Origin: a virus
DNA: 64,000 nucleotides
IMG/VR virus record: IMGVR_UViG_3300027896_000014
Coordinates: 64,001 to 128,000 of that record
Reading direction: 5' to 3' (one strand)
In this document: positions 55,687 to 64,000 of the stretch, one piece after another
Layout: the number at the start of each line of letters is the position of its first letter
How positions within the stretch are numbered: position 1 is the first letter of the stretch
Made by a program: the position numbers and the translations under genes
Notes under the pieces: model-generated
Database searches by the model: none
The model's input: the letters and a program-made list of their open reading frames with translations, nothing else
What the model was told of the DNA's origin: nothing

Positions 55687-55959
55687 TTACCATTTTGGAA
55701 GTTTCGCCCTCCTCTTCGCCTCCGGTACGACCCGATGCACCAGTAGGCACTCTATGTCAAGGATCGACCAACCAGAAAGCATCTTCAGGATGCGTACCTC
55801 CATCTTGTCGAGTTTGGTAGGTGCCAACCGTTTCTGTTCACTTGCCGTTGAAATGCTCCGCAAAGCCCCTGCTGTCAATTCGGCTGAGACAGATCCAAGA
55901 TGTTTCAATGTTCCAGCATTTAGCCTTTTCACTTCACGAGCATATTTAGTAAGCTTCAT
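55687..55959 (-). CDS. hypothetical protein
   Basis: MKLTKYARE...; ATGA overlap with the upstream ORF. Confidence 0.55.
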   Translation of the reverse strand: MKLTKYAREVKRLNAGTLKHLGSVSAELTAGALRSISTASEQKRLAPTKLDKMEVRILKMLSGWSILDIECLLVHRVVPEAKRRAKLPKW

Positions 55960-56150
55960 TTTCTTCTCCCCTGGTAATCCAGATTCACCACATACGACTT
56001 TGCCAAATTCTGGGGTTCTACTCGGTCCACCGAGGATGGTACTTGCCCACACTTCGAACACTTGTAGGGGAATGGATTCTTCTTATCCACCACCAGAGCC
56101 TCGAGCTGACCGCCACAATAATTACAGAAGGCTTGAACCTCATCGTCCAC
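55956..56150 (-). CDS. Zn-ribbon protein carrying a copy of the TerL C-terminal tail
   Basis: GTG start with RBS AGGAG; CNYC..CSKC; PQNLAKSYVVN...QGRR. Confidence 0.65.
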   Translation of the reverse strand: MDDEVQAFCNYCGGQLEALVVDKKNPFPYKCSKCGQVPSSVDRVEPQNLAKSYVVNLDYQGRRK

Positions 56151-56392
56151 TCTCAAACTCCTATTTCTCTCCCACAACGCTTGCAGACTAAATAATAATT
56201 TTCTGTATCCAACATAGCTTAGATCACAGAGCTACACTTACACTTCTTAAGCTCCTTCTCTTTAAAAGCATGGCAGTCTTCGATGGGGAGCGCTATAAAA
56301 GTTTTTCCAATCTCTGGATTCCATTCACGAATATGTCCTTGAGCACAATTCACTCTGTTTTTGTCAAACTTGCATGTCGTGCAATCTCTCAT

Positions 56393-56608
56393 TTAACCCC
56401 CCGCTATCTTTCGCCACCTCTTGACCATTTCTAAAACTTTCAAAACTTCATCATTCCATTCCTTTCTAATGGCTTCTTCACGCCCCCACATTTTAAAGAG
56501 CCAGGTAAAGCTAAGATAGTCTTCCTGGTCCTGAATTGGTATTAATCTCCCAAATAATTGATTGAACCATCGATACGGTGTTCTCCATTTTTTAACGAGA
56601 ATAACCAT
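56393..56608 (-). CDS. hypothetical protein
   Basis: Directly after terL. Confidence 0.5.
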   Translation of the reverse strand: MVILVKKWRTPYRWFNQLFGRLIPIQDQEDYLSFTWLFKMWGREEAIRKEWNDEVLKVLEMVKRWRKIAGG

Positions 56609-56609
56609 C

Positions 56610-58220
56610 TCATCGTCTCCCTTGGCTTTTATGCAATCCGATATTGACAGCGTAGGATTGAGCTAATTTTTGGGGCGGCGGCATATCCGCGGGCTTTGTA
56701 CGCCTTTGCGTAACCATTGAACAATAAACGACCGCCTCACCTTTGTCGGGGGATCTTCCCAGCCTCCTCTTGAGTCCGGCAATCTTCACCCCATCAGCCC
56801 CGATCTTATCCTCTTTTGACTCGATCAGAATCCCCCCAGGAGTCAACATCCAGAGTGGAGCACATAGATCAGCTTTCAGTTCAGGGTCTGAAGGTAGAGC
56901 CACTTTGTCACCCATCAAAGGGTCCAAACTCTCCCGAAATCTCCACCACATATAGGACCGCATATTACGGAAACGATACTTCTGGGTGGCCTTGTCGGTC
57001 TTTCCCTCGAGTCCCTTTGTCCCGCCAGAATCTATTGCAATTACTTGTACTTTAACGTTTGTCTTTAGAAAGTCTACCACGGCTCCGCCTACTCCAATTC
57101 CATCAACATGGATCGGTGCCCCATCACGCATAGCTTCAATAACCTTACCGGCCGCTGATTGGCCATCGGGCGTCTGTACTCCGGGATAGCAGATTAAAGG
57201 AGAGTACCAAGTGCCATATCTCGTGGAGATCACGGTTCGGTCAGTCCCACCTCGAGCCACATCAACCCCTATAGAATCCATGGCCCCCTTCTTCCCATCC
57301 TCTTTCCAGCGAGCCTGGGCTGCCTCAACCCATAATGTGGGGATGACCTGCCACTCTGAGTCTTTAATACCGGCCTGAAAGTTCCCCTCACGCATTTGGG
57401 AACGGAGGGGCTCAGGAGATGCATTGAGCACCACTTCATAGTTCGTGCCCAGCAAGAAAGGATTATCTTCTAACTTTGAGGGGATAAAGGTTCGAGACAT
57501 CGGCTTAACCATGACGCCTTTGACCCGGATCGGATTCCCACTTGGAAGCTCTACGTCCTTCCCATCGATGGTGGTATACCAACGGAGCTCGCCAGGTTTG
57601 GCAGGGTGTGGATGCTTTGAATCGATCCAGGGACCCCAAAACTGGATAACCCACCTTCCTTGTTCGTCCACAGGAGGGTTACCCGTACAAACGATTCGGC
57701 AGCGTTGGCCCTGGACGGTTGTTCTAAGCCAAAGGGAAAGGAAGCGGAACTGATGCTCAATGAAGTTACAAATTTCGTCAAAGCCGAGGAAGTCATGAGG
57801 GCGCCCTTGCCATCGTGTCTCATCACCAGGGTCCTTACAGCTACCAAATTCTATCTGCCGGTCCGGAAGTCTCCAGATCAGTTGCTGAGAATTCCAACCA
57901 TCCCGGGTGGCCAAGATCTCTGCCAATCGATCAACCAGTGCCACCGTCTGCGTTGCCTCACGCCTAAAGATAATCGACCGCCTATGTTCGGTGAGGCTAA
58001 GGCCAAGAAGAAGATCGCTCTTGGACCCGCCGGCAGCTCCCCCAAAGAATAGGATATCTGCGGGGTTCTCCAGAGCATCCATCTGCGTCCCAGGAATCGG
58101 CGTCCACAATGGATGCTTCAGGCTTACCAAAACCTCCCGTTGCAGATCCTGGAGTTCGTCGGAATTCAACCGCTCTAAAATATGCGAGAGTTCAATTATT
58201 TGTTTGGCTGAGGATTGCAA
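56610..58220 (-). CDS. terL: terminase large subunit
   Basis: FGGAAGGSKS Walker A, GFDE Walker B, TGNPP, GVDVARGG.D, RSPDKGEA. Confidence 0.95.
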   Translation of the reverse strand: MQSSAKQIIELSHILERLNSDELQDLQREVLVSLKHPLWTPIPGTQMDALENPADILFFGGAAGGSKSDLLLGLSLTEHRRSIIFRREATQTVALVDRLAEILATRDGWNSQQLIWRLPDRQIEFGSCKDPGDETRWQGRPHDFLGFDEICNFIEHQFRFLSLWLRTTVQGQRCRIVCTGNPPVDEQGRWVIQFWGPWIDSKHPHPAKPGELRWYTTIDGKDVELPSGNPIRVKGVMVKPMSRTFIPSKLEDNPFLLGTNYEVVLNASPEPLRSQMREGNFQAGIKDSEWQVIPTLWVEAAQARWKEDGKKGAMDSIGVDVARGGTDRTVISTRYGTWYSPLICYPGVQTPDGQSAAGKVIEAMRDGAPIHVDGIGVGGAVVDFLKTNVKVQVIAIDSGGTKGLEGKTDKATQKYRFRNMRSYMWWRFRESLDPLMGDKVALPSDPELKADLCAPLWMLTPGGILIESKEDKIGADGVKIAGLKRRLGRSPDKGEAVVYCSMVTQRRTKPADMPPPQKLAQSYAVNIGLHKSQGRR

Positions 58221-58418
58221 TAGATATCCCCTATAAGTTGACGGCCAACAGGAACGATCTCAGAACTCATCTCACTTTGGGTACTATGTCCGGCTTGCAT
58301 CAGCAGAGGCTATATTTCCCTACTCGGTAATTGATCATTCTTATCGACCACTCGACCATTGGCCACCCTACGCATTTGCGTAATACTTGTCTAAAATTAT
58401 TTTATTTTTAGTTTTACG

Positions 58419-58631
58419 TTAGGCCACTTCCACATTCCAAGCCCAACCTTCAATTTCGCCAAAATCAAATTTTGCTCGGTGATAAGTGAGTGAATCATCT
58501 TTACCGCTCAACTCTTTATCCCATCCGAGGAATGTCCCTGTCATTTCTCCACTCACGCAACAGTCTTCAAATTTGATTAAATATCTTATCCCTATTTGCA
58601 AATCTTTAAGTTCCATGATGGTTCTACCCAT
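58419..58631 (-). CDS. hypothetical protein
   Basis: Between terS and terL; FEDCC motif. Confidence 0.5.
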   Translation of the reverse strand: MGRTIMELKDLQIGIRYLIKFEDCCVSGEMTGTFLGWDKELSGKDDSLTYHRAKFDFGEIEGWAWNVEVA

Positions 58632-59250
58632 CTTCCCCCTTTTCCCCCTCAATTTCCTTCTTCCTCTCAACCGCCAGTTTTACCAAATACACTATTTTTG
58701 CAGAAAGTTCAAGCGTTGTTAGTACCCTGCCGATCCCCTCCTCCTCCTCATCCTCGTCCCGGTGCTTCCCGTTGCCGATGATCCCGAGGTGTTTACTGAG
58801 AAGTTCGAGGGCTCTAACCTTATCATAGGTACGGACCTTCTTGGTGTGCCCAATGAGAGTCCGTTTCTTCCCCTTGCCAGTATATTCCTCAAGAACCTCC
58901 ACACCTGCAACTGCGGCAGCTGCTTCATCTGACCACTCATGAGGAAGCTTCAAGCTTCCATCTTCATTGTAAAGATTCCGAAGGTCTGAGAGAGCAACTC
59001 TGGCAACTTCAGTTAAAACTCTTTCAGAATGGACGCCAATTTTCTGAAGATGGTGCTCAGTAAGTCTTTCAACCGCAGCCTTCACTTGAGGAACCTTGAG
59101 AAGCTGTGACGCCATTTCCCATGCGCTTTGGTCGTCCTTGACACGATAGCCAGCTCCCTTTACGGCTTCACCGGCAACCCATCTAACTTTTGGAAGTAAA
59201 GCCACAAAAGTCTTCTGTTTTATCGTGAGTTTACGAACTTTGGTTTTCAT
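58624..59250 (-). CDS. terS: terminase small subunit
   Basis: LTIKQKTFV..A..AGY..ASQLL..PQV..ERVLTEVARVA..DKVRALELL.KHLG. Confidence 0.9.
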   Translation of the reverse strand: MKTKVRKLTIKQKTFVALLPKVRWVAGEAVKGAGYRVKDDQSAWEMASQLLKVPQVKAAVERLTEHHLQKIGVHSERVLTEVARVALSDLRNLYNEDGSLKLPHEWSDEAAAAVAGVEVLEEYTGKGKKRTLIGHTKKVRTYDKVRALELLSKHLGIIGNGKHRDEDEEEEGIGRVLTTLELSAKIVYLVKLAVERKKEIEGEKGEDG

Positions 59251-59379
59251 ATAAGATATCCTTGTAATCACAATTGGGGAAACAGGGAGTTCTGGTCGGT
59301 GAGGTATCGTTGGTAGAACCGCCAGTTGCTTTGCTTCCCTTAAATAATATCAATATACTCCAAATTGTTTTACTTTAAG

Positions 59380-60003
59380 CTAAATCTGTATCTTCCACTC
59401 TTTATCATATCCTGCAATCTTAAAAACCAAAGTGCCAAATTGTTTATTCACTTTTGCCTGTAAAAGCTCGATGTCACTAAGTTCTTTGTTCGGGCAAATC
59501 CAACTACGAAAGATCTGATCCTTATCAACGTGGATCTGAGTAGATTCGTCTGACCACTTTTTCGATTTAACCTCTTGAGTTCGCCATTTTAATTCAGTTG
59601 GATGGCCTTGCTGCAAGGGAATGCCTGGTTCTATTATAGCGGTGGATTGTATATCAAGGTTTTGTTGCGTGTCATTTCGAAAGATAATTCTGATTTTAGG
59701 CTTGAATGTAACATCTTGTCTTGTAGTATACTCTGGGCGTATCTCCAATATTGTTAAAAGGATTTTAAACAACGGCTCAGGAATATGCCTTTTGAAAATG
59801 TCGTGTAGATATCTTATAAATCCATAAAGAGTGATTCCAAATGAAACAATAAAAATAACCTGTATTGAGTTCGAGATATAATTCATAATGCTCCCAATTT
59901 TAAATTTTTCAATTAGAGTTATTATTCCCGATATCAAATCCCTGCTCCATAGAAAATCAACCAGTTGCAGTTGATTGCAACTCCACGAGATCTCCGACTG
60001 CAT
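59380..60003 (-). CDS. AT-rich hypothetical membrane protein (moron-like)
   Basis: TM segment; visibly AT-rich; follows a terminator. Confidence 0.55.
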   Translation of the reverse strand: MQSEISWSCNQLQLVDFLWSRDLISGIITLIEKFKIGSIMNYISNSIQVIFIVSFGITLYGFIRYLHDIFKRHIPEPLFKILLTILEIRPEYTTRQDVTFKPKIRIIFRNDTQQNLDIQSTAIIEPGIPLQQGHPTELKWRTQEVKSKKWSDESTQIHVDKDQIFRSWICPNKELSDIELLQAKVNKQFGTLVFKIAGYDKEWKIQI

Positions 60004-60014
60004 TATTTAAAGGA

Positions 60015-60045
60015 GAAGGCAGGGATTTTTAGCCCTGCCCTTTTT
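60015..60045. terminator. terminator hairpin
   Basis: GGCAGGG-ATTTTTAG-CCCTGCC with flanking tracts. Confidence 0.65.
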
Positions 60046-60168
60046 GTTAATGGTCTTGCTGAACAAATCAGTGTGGACGATTAAGCACCCCCTTAAACGT
60101 CCATTACAAGTTAGAAAAAAAATAATTAGAATTGACCTCTTCCCCTCTGATTGCTTTTGCCCCATTTG

Positions 60169-60612
60169 TTACAAACCCAAAGCCGTAACATATGGCAATA
60201 TCTTAGCCATTACAGCAGGGAAGAACGTTTGCATGATCTGAGACACCCCACTCTTTACCATGCTACCCCAAATCCATCCCCACAGAATAACTGTTTGTCC
60301 CATGTCTTGATCTGTAAGCTCCTCGCAAGTAGGAATCCCATTCACATCCTTTTTGATACATTTAGCCGCAATGGTGTCAAGAGTTTTAATGTCCGTATCA
60401 CAGTCACACGGCAGAAGACCCTTAAACTTAACCAGTACGACCGAAAGAGCACTTGAATTAAGTGGCCATGTAGAGGCAATCTCTCTGGCCGCAATGCGGG
60501 TCGTGGCAGCATTTTGCTGATCCATTTGTGCGACATCAATGACGGTTTTCTGCCATGCCGCACAGCCCACCAAAAGAAACAGAGCGAGTAAAGAAATCAG
60601 GAATAGTTTCAT
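60169..60612 (-). CDS. lipoprotein
   Basis: MKLFLISLLALFLLVG-C lipobox; RBS AGGAGG. Confidence 0.75.
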   Translation of the reverse strand: MKLFLISLLALFLLVGCAAWQKTVIDVAQMDQQNAATTRIAAREIASTWPLNSSALSVVLVKFKGLLPCDCDTDIKTLDTIAAKCIKKDVNGIPTCEELTDQDMGQTVILWGWIWGSMVKSGVSQIMQTFFPAVMAKILPYVTALGL

Positions 60613-60616
60613 ATTT

Positions 60617-61321
60617 TCACCTCCTTTCAAATGGAATGATGTTCCCCTCCTCAATCAAAAATCCCTTCAATGGAGATTCATAACCTGCACCGGAATTGTG
60701 ATTATTTCCAACGTCTTTGAAAGCGTGGGTGTGTCCGTAGAGAAAATCCCATCCTGGATTTGCGTCTGCAAGTTCCTGTCGCATCTGTTTAACTGCCAGA
60801 TGTCTATTTGGATTTGAAGGATGAGGAGAGGTTTCTGGGTCAATTCCAAGTTTGTCGGCTGCCCTGACAGCGAATCTTCCTATCTTCCAACCCTCGCAAT
60901 TTGGCCAATCGTAAAGCCAACCATGATCCAGAAATATCTTTTTACCAAAACCCTCAAAGACGTAGGCAACCGGACGATCAATTTCTGGAAGATCAAGTCC
61001 ATCCTTTTCATGGTTTCCAAGAACCCAACAAAGCTCTCCATAAGAACAGATTGCACTTACTAAATTGGGATGAGCCTTTTCTATGGCTATGGCATCAAAG
61101 CCTCTCCAAAGATCGTAGAACTCGCTTCCCAAGAGTGCATATCCTCTATCCCGATGATCTCTTAAAGTGTCAATAAGTAGTTTTTCATTACCGCTCGACT
61201 TGAGAGGGTCATGGTCGTCCCCAGCAGCAGCGTGAAGATCGGAGAGATTAAGGCATTTCGGAGGTAATGGGAGATGTGGAAGCGTTTTGATTAGATACTC
61301 AAACTTTTCTTGAAGGCTCAT
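60617..61321 (-). CDS. calcineurin-like metallophosphoesterase (LpxH-like)
   Basis: SDLH, GNHE, DHG, GHTH. Confidence 0.8.
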   Translation of the reverse strand: MSLQEKFEYLIKTLPHLPLPPKCLNLSDLHAAAGDDHDPLKSSGNEKLLIDTLRDHRDRGYALLGSEFYDLWRGFDAIAIEKAHPNLVSAICSYGELCWVLGNHEKDGLDLPEIDRPVAYVFEGFGKKIFLDHGWLYDWPNCEGWKIGRFAVRAADKLGIDPETSPHPSNPNRHLAVKQMRQELADANPGWDFLYGHTHAFKDVGNNHNSGAGYESPLKGFLIEEGNIIPFERR

Positions 61322-62100
61322 GATGTCACCTCCTTTAAATATTGCTCCAACTTGGGGATATCAAGCGGAGAATTACTCCCAAGCCACTTATCCTTATTGT
61401 CTACAACAGCATAAATTTCGTCACAATATTTTTCCAAGAAATACCAGCTCATCCACCACTTCATTCCCCATGTCACACATTGAACACCCTCTTTGAAGTA
61501 AGCACACAAATAAACGCAGTGTCCACCCCAAGTACCTGGAACGCCATCTGCCCCACCAATATCATACCAATGGCTCGCAGATTGTAATTGAGAGTAAGCT
61601 GAGAGGGGAAGCTGAAGACCGATATAAAGGCCGTTCAGGAGATACATTGCAGCCTTTACCATTTTCAGGTCTTGAACATTTATTGAACCATAGGCATCAA
61701 TCGTATAGTTCTTTCTGGCCGCCGTCCATCCCTTTTGTCTCCACTCATTCAAAGAATCGAGCATGACAAGACCATTATCCTGCCCGCCACTTTCCTTGAA
61801 GTATTCGGCCTCAACTTCTTTATCAGAAATCGGGATCACTTTTCCCTGTTCGTATCCCTCAAATCTCAAGGTCTGATGGGCTCTTCCTGCCATTACACAA
61901 TCCCCATAAACATCATTCCCAAATATAGGCGTAGGAATTTTCAGAGACATCAAAGGTTTATTTGTGTCGATAAACCATTTATCGGGTATTGGAGGAAGTA
62001 CCCTCATAATATCTCTCAACATCAGTGTTCTTGGATCTACCTTGGCTGGAGCTTTCCCAAGACAAAATTTTGGGTTAGTGTGAATACCTTTTGCCTTCAT
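61318..62100 (-). CDS. papain-like cysteine peptidase
   Basis: GNDVYGDCVMA, WGGHCV, VTWG. Confidence 0.75.
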   Translation of the reverse strand: MKAKGIHTNPKFCLGKAPAKVDPRTLMLRDIMRVLPPIPDKWFIDTNKPLMSLKIPTPIFGNDVYGDCVMAGRAHQTLRFEGYEQGKVIPISDKEVEAEYFKESGGQDNGLVMLDSLNEWRQKGWTAARKNYTIDAYGSINVQDLKMVKAAMYLLNGLYIGLQLPLSAYSQLQSASHWYDIGGADGVPGTWGGHCVYLCAYFKEGVQCVTWGMKWWMSWYFLEKYCDEIYAVVDNKDKWLGSNSPLDIPKLEQYLKEVTS

Positions 62101-63113
62101 AATGCATCCTCCTTTCTCTCAAGGAAATACCTTTGGACATCTCTTCGTAACTGAGGACTTCTGTCGCTTAGGACATAAAGTCCCTGCCAATCCCTCTTTA
62201 AATCCGTATCAGGGTTAAACTGACACTTTACCAAAATGTTTTCTCTGGTTGAATAGTGTCTTTCAGCTTTTGACCCATGCCAGTGATGAAGGCAAACACC
62301 CTTTACAACCCCCACATTCCCGCAAATAGCTCTCTCCTGCCATAAGCTTTGCTTTGCACGATTCTCCCATTCAAAGAGTCGAGCCGTGAAGCGGGGATGA
62401 TATTTTCTTTGTAAATAATAATCGAGATGACCAATCAATGCATAGGCCATATAACTGTCTCCGGCTCCAAGGATACAGTAGTCAATCAACCCCCCCAACT
62501 GATCCCAGGCTTCTCTTCGCATGGCCCACGCAAGACCTGGTGCTCCAGGATAGAAAGGCTTTCTCTCGATGCCTGGATACGGATAGGGATAAGGATAACC
62601 CGTTTTTATGGTATGGATTGTCTTCTCTGGATTTCCGTTCACCCACCAATCAATAAAGCTCCTAATCGTTCCTTTCAAATTGTAGTCCGAATCAAGATCA
62701 TGCATTTGAGTCCACATCTGCACAACGGGCCAATGTTGGAGAGCATGAATCGTCTCATCTGCCCAGTCGGAACGGACGAAGTGAGTATCTGCATCCACCC
62801 AGGCCACATAGCTCCAGTCCTGCGGGAGCCTCTGGACTCCAAGATTGATAGCATTCTCCTTATACCAAAGCTCATGATGCGTCCTCAGTTGCAGGTGTCG
62901 CGGATTGTCGGGTTGCGTGACAGCAAATTCTCTTTCTCCGAATGCGATCTCTACCGTGTAGAGGATCGCACCTGTGTTCTCACAGGATAGGCAAAAATCT
63001 TCATATAATTTCCAACGAGATCTGTACCTGGGAGAGTTGAATACGGTGGTGATAACGTAGAGAGGCTTGCTAATTTTATCTGGTCTTTGGAATAACGTAT
63101 TGATATGTGCCAT
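62097..63113 (-). CDS. GT-A-like glycosyltransferase
   Basis: WYKENAINLG, YVAWVDAD (DxD), GAGD, HHWHG. Confidence 0.7.
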   Translation of the reverse strand: MAHINTLFQRPDKISKPLYVITTVFNSPRYRSRWKLYEDFCLSCENTGAILYTVEIAFGEREFAVTQPDNPRHLQLRTHHELWYKENAINLGVQRLPQDWSYVAWVDADTHFVRSDWADETIHALQHWPVVQMWTQMHDLDSDYNLKGTIRSFIDWWVNGNPEKTIHTIKTGYPYPYPYPGIERKPFYPGAPGLAWAMRREAWDQLGGLIDYCILGAGDSYMAYALIGHLDYYLQRKYHPRFTARLFEWENRAKQSLWQERAICGNVGVVKGVCLHHWHGSKAERHYSTRENILVKCQFNPDTDLKRDWQGLYVLSDRSPQLRRDVQRYFLERKEDAL

Positions 63114-63114
63114 T

Positions 63115-63693
63115 TTAACCCCCAAATTTATTCTTAATTCGATTCTCATACTTCCATAAAGGCTGTAAATTGCTGTAATGAAAACAAGTTCTCTGTTGTT
63201 CTATCTCTTTCAAATTAAAGTGGTAGCATGGAATGACATGATCTATTTCCCATTCCCCGTAATTTCTCCAAGACATTCCAGTCTTAAACAATTCTTGAAA
63301 ATGTTGTTTAAGAGCAAATACAGAACAGCCAACCAACTTAAAAGTTGATTCCGATTTTTGTGTTTTCTGCTGTTGCAACGCTCTCCAAAGCCTTCTTCGC
63401 AAATTGTTTTTAATTCTACTGTTTATTTCTTTTCTTTTTTCTCTCGCAGTTTTAGTATTCCAATACCTTCCTTTCTTCATAAGTTTGTTGGCTCGTTCCA
63501 TCTCTTTGGCACGTTCTTCTTTTGTAAGTCTTAAACGTCTGTCTCGTGCCCATTTAGCTTTCCGTAATTTAACTACTTCATCTTTATTCTTTTTTAGAGT
63601 ACAACATACGCAGTTTCGGCTGGATTTATAGCGTTTGCCGTTACCGCACTTTGGGCATTGTTTTCCTATATAAAATAAATTTTGCTTTACCAT
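63115..63693 (-). CDS. HNH/EndoVII-like homing endonuclease
   Basis: LVGCS..L..H...GMSWRNYGEWEIDHVIPC...CFHYSNLQPLW..EN. Confidence 0.85.
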   Translation of the reverse strand: MVKQNLFYIGKQCPKCGNGKRYKSSRNCVCCTLKKNKDEVVKLRKAKWARDRRLRLTKEERAKEMERANKLMKKGRYWNTKTAREKRKEINSRIKNNLRRRLWRALQQQKTQKSESTFKLVGCSVFALKQHFQELFKTGMSWRNYGEWEIDHVIPCYHFNLKEIEQQRTCFHYSNLQPLWKYENRIKNKFGG

Positions 63694-63708
63694 ATAGGAT
63701 TGATTCTA

Positions 63709-64000
63709 TCAGCCCTCAAAGCTATAAATATGCCAAGACTGTTCGGGCTTTCCTCCCATGGCCGTCCATTGGGTATGCCAGTAATCCCATCCCTTTACGG
63801 GATCACAACGGTTCCCACTTACATCCCAAAAGAAGATGTATGCAGCCAGACCCAACTGATAGGGGGATAGGGCACTAATACCATCATACGCAGTCAGACC
63901 CAACTCAAACAGGATTCTTACGGCCAGTCGTGACTGCCGGACGAAATCGAGTACAGGTCTTTCCCCTTCGGTGACCATTTGTTGAACTAATGCAGAAATC
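63709..64000 (-). CDS. partial M15-peptidase-like protein with degenerate metal ligands
   Basis: LFELGLTAYDG..LSPYQLGLAAYI...W..MGG resembles M15 SxHxxGxAxD; truncated by the window edge. Confidence 0.4.
   Translation of the reverse strand, partial: ISALVQQMVTEGERPVLDFVRQSRLAVRILFELGLTAYDGISALSPYQLGLAAYIFFWDVSGNRCDPVKGWDYWHTQWTAMGGKPEQSWHIYSFEG

Noticed and set aside
56610-58220. Intein or intron in terL
   Set aside because: Normal length with contiguous ATPase and nuclease motifs.
44206-59363. TTGGAGTATATT at 44206 (+) and 59352 (-)
   Set aside because: Only 12 bp, in opposite orientations relative to the genes; likely chance.
1-64000. Alternative genetic code
   Set aside because: Long genes are intact and tightly packed under the standard bacterial code.

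Overview
The window is about 64 kb of a temperate, podovirus-like dsDNA phage, almost entirely on the minus strand. An attP (3' half of tRNA-Glu(CTC) with arm-type repeats) sits next to a tyrosine integrase with phage genes on both sides, so the sequence is the excised or circular form, not an integrated prophage. Modules read right to left: lysis-like and envelope-enzyme cluster, terS, terL, an unusual ~8 kb accessory island, portal, ATP-grasp enzyme and small basic proteins, initiator-like tRNA-Met, scaffold, major capsid, adaptor and tail genes, three large ejection-type proteins (the last with LPD5/LPD1-like domains), attP and integrase, immunity switch, and early genes ending in a Rad50-like ATPase that runs off the left edge. 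A sigma-54 promoter with enhancer-like sites suggests a sigma-54-rich Gram-negative host such as Desulfobacterota (inference). Main observations: (1) the terL-portal island holds copies of the phage's own assembly proteins (a major-capsid paralogue, a TerL C-terminal-tail copy, a possible A-domain-only protein); (2) a PurD-like ATP-grasp enzyme carries the same 44-aa N-terminal tag as the giant ejection protein; (3) a PLSxF motif is shared by the portal, four basic mini-proteins and an ejection protein; (4) a 14-bp palindrome occurs about 10 times across the late region; (5) the ATPase gene is split in two by an intron-less HNH gene; (6) the integrase lies downstream of a sigma-54 promoter. 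All family assignments come from motif recognition by eye; no database searches were run.
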